From the NCBI RefSeq assembly GCF_009914755.1, contig NC_060939.1: DNA of 64,000 bases, one strand, 5' to 3'. Shown in pieces: positions 57,206 through 64,000 of this stretch; the stretch's first letter is position 1, and each line of letters starts with the position of its first letter. The DNA is from the human T2T-CHM13v2.0 reference genome, Homo sapiens. Made by a program: the position numbers and the translations under genes. The notes under the pieces are model-generated. The model saw only the letters and a program-made list of their open reading frames with translations, did not search any database and was not told where the DNA came from.

Positions 57206-58189
57206 TAAATATATAATCCTTATTTGTCAATTACACCTCAATAAAGCTGAGGGTGGTGAAGAACAAGCACAGGACTGAGCCATGAAAAACAAGAGCCTAC
57301 AAGAGACCAGCAAGTTTCCACACAATAGATCTGATGTCGTCTCTATTTGTAGCTATTTCTGGATCAACTGCCAAACATGACCAATATTAAAAGCAGCCAG
57401 CAAATTAATAGACCTTACCTTCCTAAGCCACTTTATTCACCGGCTTTAAGACTTTTTTCTAGGTAGAGATTCACAGTTTTCAGGTATAAAAAGTCTTTCC
57501 TGGAGCATCTTTAATTCTAAGCCAAGGAACTTCTTAAGTGATTGAGTAATGTGTTTTGTGATTCTCACTTCCCTTAAAATATTAATTAAGAAAACAAATG
57601 AGAGCTTCTCCTTAAGGGGTACACTGAGAGTTAAACTGACTGGCCTTCAGTGCTAGCCATATTGCACTTTCTTTCCTGATTAGCACGGGTGCCAGGCTGT
57701 TCCTTCAAATTAAGACAATATGCTTATAGTGATGAGCCGTATTGGCCATCTATCTTCCTTTTGTGATCTGGCTCTCGTCGAGCTGAAATGAAGCCATTTC
57801 TTCTGCCTGGGGCTGATTAAACACAGAGTAAACCCAGTTCTCTAAGGAGGCTCTAATGATTCTCTGCAGAGCGCGTGTCAGCCCGGCACCTGCAGGCTTC
57901 AGCGTCTCTGTTTCTATCATAAAATGAAGCATCTGTTTCAGGGAGGTGATATCTTTTTATCATCCAGTGTATCGCTCTGGTCGGAGTGGATGCAGCTCAT
58001 TTGGTACACAAGGCTTCTGCGCCACAGGTAACAAATGGTCCCCCAGGAAGTTCTGCTCTCATCAGGGGTAAAAAGGGCACAGCTTTTGGCAAAAACTTTT
58101 GGTAAAAGTCTTCCTGGCTCACATCAAGTGGTCTTCTTTTAGTAAAAACAGGTTAGAAAGTGTAAAGGGGGATCCTTGAAATAAGGCAA

Positions 58190-58700
58190 TCCTTTATTCA
58201 TCAGCTCATTTATTCATTCATTCAATGAATATTCATCAAGCACCAACTAGGAGCGACGCCCCATGCCAGGATCTGGGGAGAGAGAATAAATATGGCAGAT
58301 GCAGCCTCTGCCCTGTTGGAGGTCAATGCTGGTGATGGAGACAGACATTAAACAATTAATGGTGAATTAAGTACTTAATTACCACTGGGAAGGGTATCCC
58401 AAATCGGAAAGCACCCTGGGAATCTATAAGGGGGGCCTGATGCTTTGGGGCTTCAGAAAAGACTCCCCTGGGGAAGTGACATTTGAGCTGAGATCTCAAG
58501 GACAAGACAGAACAGTGCATTCATACAAGGGTGAAAGATTATTTTTCAGCCAAGGAAATGGCATATTCAAAGACCCTGGGGTGGAAGGGTGACACTGTCC
58601 CACATGAGAAATGAGAAAAAAATCAATGAAAAGGAAAATGGCTAAAGATGGGGCTGGTGACATGGACAGGAATGAAATCAGGCAGGGCTTGAAGGTAGTC
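58190..58700. mobile_element. L2 remnant
   Basis: 'attcattcattcaatgaatattcatcaagcacc...ggaagtgacatttgagctgagatct...caaagaccctgggg'. Confidence 0.75.
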
Positions 58701-58769
58701 TTATCCCAGGAGCATGACAGGCTTGGGCGGTTTGTGCCAAGAGCTTTTCTACCATTTATCTAGTAGGAA

Positions 58770-59010
58770 CCACATAGCACTTGCGTTGCCAGACACTGCC
58801 CAGACACATTTAATTTATGATTTGCAATCAATCTAACATTCTTTCAACAAAGACATTTTAGCCACTCCTTGTAGGTGAGGAAATTAGGACTTAGAGGGGT
58901 TAGAGATGGGCCAGGTCCATGTAGTCAGCAGTATGGGCCAGGTCTCTAACCCAGCCCAGCCCAGCCCAGCCCAGCCTAGCCCATGTCCTGGCTCTTTCCT
59001 CTGTGCCATG
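58770..59010 (-). mobile_element. MIR remnant containing (CCCAG)n at ~58949-58983
   Basis: 'gtaggtgaggaaattaggacttagaggggttag' core plus a short pentamer run. Confidence 0.6.
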
Positions 59011-59229
59011 CTGCCTTCCCACCCATGGACCAAATAATGAACTGCTAAAAGTTTGTGAGGTTTGTGCCACATTGTACTTTTTCCAATTGTTTGACTCTTT
59101 GGGAGAATTTCTAAGTTACTAATTGATAATATTAAAATAATAATAGCTCTATTCATATCATTATAGAATTAAAGATAGTACAGCAGATTTGCCTTATCTC
59201 TTAGAAAGAATTCTTGGCAAGAAGGGATT

Positions 59230-59440
59230 AAACTAGTGTCATGTAGAAGCTCAAGGCCTGAGATCTGGAATTAGATTGACCTGGGTTCAAATCCCACCTT
59301 GTCCAGTTACTGACTGAGTAACCTAGAGCAAGGTGGTTACAAATATTGAGACTCAGTTTCATCCCTGTAAAATGGACATATTCACGTCTACTTCAGTTTG
59401 TTGTTATGAGGATTGAATGAAATAGCTATGCAAATAATTT
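59230..59440 (+). mobile_element. MIR
   Basis: 'gacctgggttcaaatccc...ctcagtttcatccctgtaaaatgg...gttgttatgaggattgaatga'. Confidence 0.8.
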
Positions 59441-61608
59441 TCCAAGTTCCTGAGTGGCTCAGTCCACATTCGCACCTGTCATCACCACCACCACTGCCAC
59501 CATCTTCTTCATCATCACTGTTAGTTAACAGAGTTGCCAGGTCGGTGGGACATGGGACATCAAACAGCTCATCTCTTTCCCCTGGCAGGTGTTTTTGAGC
59601 CTATTGCAAATGTGTTGTCCATTTTCCTGCTTTCTCATTATTGAAAGGAATGTGAACTCATCCCTGGCAGGTAGCTGAGGACTAAGTCTGCCTAAGAATG
59701 TCGTGCAGACATTAAATTCAAGAACATTTGAAAATGACACAAGGCAATTCCAAAAAGACTTAAATAACTCTACAAAAGGAGACATAGATGAACACAGCTG
59801 GATAGGGGGCATTTAAAATGTACCTGTCTTTTAAAATAAATGACTATACCAAATGGGAGGACTTCATTTTGCTTTGAAAACTGCTTTTTTGTCATTAGAG
59901 TTTTATGCTTTTAAAAAAACTTTTGAGGCATCAAATTGATCATTTTTAAATAGAACAAAGAGTTCACATGCAAATATTATATAAATATAACATAGGTGTG
60001 TACAGATGTGATGCAAGTTCCCCTGAAAAGTATATAAAACATCTAAATTGGGAAAGAGATCTAGACAAAGCCACCTGCTCCCTTGATGGTTATCTGGATT
60101 TCACCAGAGTACCTGCCATGCCCCTCCTTAGGCTGCTTGTATCCAGGTTTATACAAAAAGATCCACAAAAATCACTTAATAAATTAAACAATGCTTATAA
60201 GAGCTCCCTGTCCAGTGCCTGGCACCTTGTCAGACTTTGATCAATGTTAGCTATTGCAATAATACAACAATGATACTTTAGGATTGCAAAAGCTTTTAAA
60301 GTCCTCCACTTTAATGTCTATGTTTCACAGATGATAAAACTATGGTCCCAAGAGGTCACGAAACTTTCACAATATTTCAGAGCTACTAAGACCAGAGCCT
60401 ACCTGTAAGGGCATGAAGAAGCTTAAGCAATCTGAGATCTGAGATAACCAGAAAGTTTCAGAATGCCTAGCGCTCTAAAAAAGCTATTCCTATCTCATGG
60501 GATTGTTCTTTCATCACACTAATTCCACTGGCATTCCTTTCTTCTCATCTGTCCCCACTAGGTTCTGTGAGGGCAGGGATTGTGTATGCCTCATTTCCCA
60601 CCTTCTCCCCAGCAGCAGCACTATCACCTGGCATGTGGTATGCATTCAATGAAACGTTTGTAAATTGAATGGAAATGTATCAGCACAAACACAATGCCAA
60701 AGGACATGCCAAACTGTCATGATGTCCATCCCAGAATGACATGCAGGACTTAGTTAAATGTTAACCTTTTACGACTTTGAGAGATTAGACAGTTTTGTTA
60801 TATAAAGAGGTGCTGAACAAAAAACAAAAGGTAACATGTGCCCAGTGAGTCAAGCTTGTTGTGGCTGATCCCTTCTCAATACAACTTCCTGGCTATCAGA
60901 GAGAGAACTCTATCTGCAATGAACAAAACCAGGTTAAAAAAAAAGTTAGGTGAAGCAGAAGCTGTGGATTTAGCAGAGAACTCTATACACTATAGACATG
61001 CTGATGACCACCTTCAGGCAGAAGATCTGTCCATTTGGAAATCTCATTGCCAATCCCACTGAAATTTGTTCACGGTTGTCTTAAATGTGGTTTGATACTC
61101 ATTGTGGTCCTAGGGGCAAAGTGCCAGTGGTGATGGAGAATCCTGTGTCTCTATAGGAAGGCTCTGTCAACTGTCACTAGCCCAACCCATAAATTCAAAC
61201 ACACCATTTGTCAGCAGCCCTTCTTCCTGCCAGGCTTGCAGGGTAATGCTCCTTTCCCTCAACATAAAGTGTCCAGAGATGGGCCACAAGAAATGGATGG
61301 GGTGAAAGACATGCCCGGAATTGTAAATCACTCACTCTCTCTGAAATTCAAATTCATCTTCTATAAAATAAGGACTGTAAGGCTTGCCCAATCCACCCCA
61401 CCAGATGGGTGCAAGGTACATAAAAGGCCACTGACAGGCATCTTCCAGAATGTAAAGTTGATACAATTATAAACTGGTTTTCATGTCTTGAGAGTGTCCC
61501 ACCAGGTGTTACAAGGTTAACAAAATGAATACCACATGGCCCTGCCCTTCAAGGAGATTATAGTGTAGAAGCATGGTGAGTTGAAAAACATAGAAAGATA
61601 GATATAGA

Positions 61609-61626
61609 AACACACACACACACACC
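61609..61626. repeat. Short (AC)n run
   Basis: Read directly. Confidence 0.85.
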
Positions 61627-64000
61627 TGTTCTCTTATCAAATATTCTCGTGAAGAAATCCAATATAGAATATGCTAAAGTGCATATTAAATAATCTTTGT
61701 TTGATTGATATTGACTACTCTCAATTTCACTCGAATCAGCATATAAAGTTTTACATCTTTAGAGGAGAAGAATAAAAAACTTATAAATGGGGTCCTTTAT
61801 ATGAAATCCTATAAATTCAAAACCAGACATTATTAAAATGGATGAGAAAGATGTTCTGGAGTACATGTCTGCCTCTTATTTCCTGTACAGGACCCGTGTT
61901 TTCTGTATGAGTCCACAAGACCGAAGACTTTATGGACAGAAGTCATGTATCTTCAACACAGGTAAAGGACTTGCGCTCATGAAAAGTTGGGGGTTTCCCT
62001 CCCTTATCAAACAAACAAGCACGCTTGATATTTTGCCAAAACTGATTAGATTATATCTGCACTTAACTTTGCGGTAAATGCAAAAACAAAATCTCTAACA
62101 TTTATAAACAAAAGTTTCTTTCTTACTTCAGAGTTCAAGGCAGGAAACAACTTTCACTGACTCTTAGACATACTACAGCTTGAATGTTACGGGGACATAA
62201 AATGTATTTATTATTGCTGTAGCTCAAAATTTCCATCCCACCACATTTGAACACTGATTTGGGGTTTACAAAAATAGCATCAGCAACATTGCCAAGGAGA
62301 TCCTATAACCTTAACCCAAAGTAAATATGAAAGCAGAAAAGAAATGCAACCTTTTTAAAGTTCTCTCTATGCAAATATCATGCAGAAGTCACTGACTACT
62401 GAACACTCCCACGCCTCTCCAATATCTGAACCACCCCGGAAAAATACCATGATGATCTCCTTGTTATTTTGATCTTTCACAGATTTCCTTTAATTCTTAT
62501 TCACTCTTTGTGTTGGTGTCTGTATCTACAGCCATCATCTATAGGTGGTAAATTTATTAAAAGTCCAATACAGTCATCACCACAAAATCACAAAAGAAGC
62601 TTTTTATAAAACCTCTGGGTCTATTTATATTCTGAGATCAAATTGTCACTCTATGCCTGAGCCATCCGTCAAAAGGAAACATATTAATAGTAGTGTGGCA
62701 TGTGCTAAGACTTATGGGGCTACAAACTTCCTACCCTGCTATCCCCAAAACACGTATCTGCGTGAATTTATGTCCAACACTGCTGAGGGTCTGGACTAAA
62801 AAGAACTTTGGAACACAAGGTTCTGGGAAGACATGGGAAGCCAAGATGGAAGAGAATGCTGTGTGTTTCCCAGATGGTGCCAGAAACTCAGTCTGATGCG
62901 CTCTTTCACAAAAGCCATTATGAGACTCAGGTCCAAACTGTACTGCCTACAGGCTAAAGTGATGAAGTGAGACACACAGACAGAGGGATCTGCCCCACAC
63001 ACTTCACCACAGACTTCACAGCCACTCTGACTCCTCCAGGAACAACAGTGGAGAACTGCTGGGCCCAGTGGAGCCCAGATGAAGCAAAAGAAGGGACCAG
63101 CCATGACAGGTGGTCTTGTTGGGGCCATGGAAGGATCTCAAGAGCTATGAATGTTCATTTGACTTCATGTATTCCCATAACTGAGACCTAGGAATATCCA
63201 GGTGCCCTTTGTGTATGGAGTGTTGGATTGAACTTGCATTACTCACCTAAAATATGTGCATAAAATTTGCGAAGTTTAAATTTAAAATTTGAGCATCACT
63301 TCAAGAACACTTAGCACTAAGGTCCCTGAAATGCTCATTGATGATATGAAGCTGAATAAGAAAGCCTGTCCCTAGGGTTCCTTTCTCTAGGACAGACACA
63401 CCACCAACACTGGCATATCTCTTCTGTGTATTAGCAAAGAATTTTGTTAGCATATCTTCATACAGCTTCTAAGAGACCTAAGTTATTAACACTCATTTAG
63501 TCCCATTGTGTAAACACTGGGAGAATCTGGCTGTCTTTTAAAATGCATTCAGTATTCATAAAACCTAAAAAGTATGGCTTACCTTCACAAAATGATTGGT
63601 GTCCATAATTGTGAGTGTCAATATATGTCTAGAATTTAGCATTTACCTTGTGATACACAATGAAGAAAATACAACTAACTACTCTTGAGAAAATAACTCA
63701 AACTCTCTAGGTGGGGAATAGATTAGTCCATCAAGGATACAAGCGAGGAACACTTACTAACTATAAAAAAAAAAAAGTTGCAATATCAGAAGCCTTTTAG
63801 TAACACGGTAGCCTAAACAGAGGAGAACAATTCAGAACTCAATTGTTTCTTCTAGCTTCTGGCCAAAGCTCTGACAAGAAAAATACCATCTAAATACCAA
63901 AGAAAGTTTTATTGTATATGCTTTTTGGTTTTTGTTTTGCTATACAAGAAATTATTAAAATTTACACTTGTAAAATTAGTTATATAAATCTTTCCTCCCA

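Overview
Human/great-ape non-coding genomic DNA (intron of a very large gene or a gene desert). I could not identify the locus, and no host protein-coding exon is recognisable. Nearly every ORF in the supplied track is a by-product of Alu, L1 or simple-repeat sequence. The window holds about 26 Alu copies or monomers (AluJ/S/Y, FLAM/FRAM), a 2.0-kb 5'-truncated L1PA with target-site duplication (TSD), a 285-bp internal L1PA fragment, several old L1M pieces, solo LTRs (THE1C-like, MER50-like), DNA-transposon MITEs (MER1B, MER44/Tigger7, MER2, MER58B, MER81, MER91-like), many MIR/L2 remnants, and microsatellites including (GGAA)16 and a 38-unit compound TATTG/TACTG/TACCG array. Several unique stretches look like developmental enhancers. 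I see no evidence of a new gene system. The most distinctive signals are: (1) a set of short, locally templated insertion scars (a 56-bp and a ~65-bp copy each pasted ~1 kb from its donor, a 19-bp duplication with an inverted linker, and a tail-less L1 fragment with microhomology at both ends); (2) speculative minus-strand splice signals (a 3-nt microexon candidate and a spliced 64-aa ORF); (3) the GGAA microsatellite beside a motif-dense enhancer candidate. Repeat subfamily names come from recalled consensus features, not from a search.
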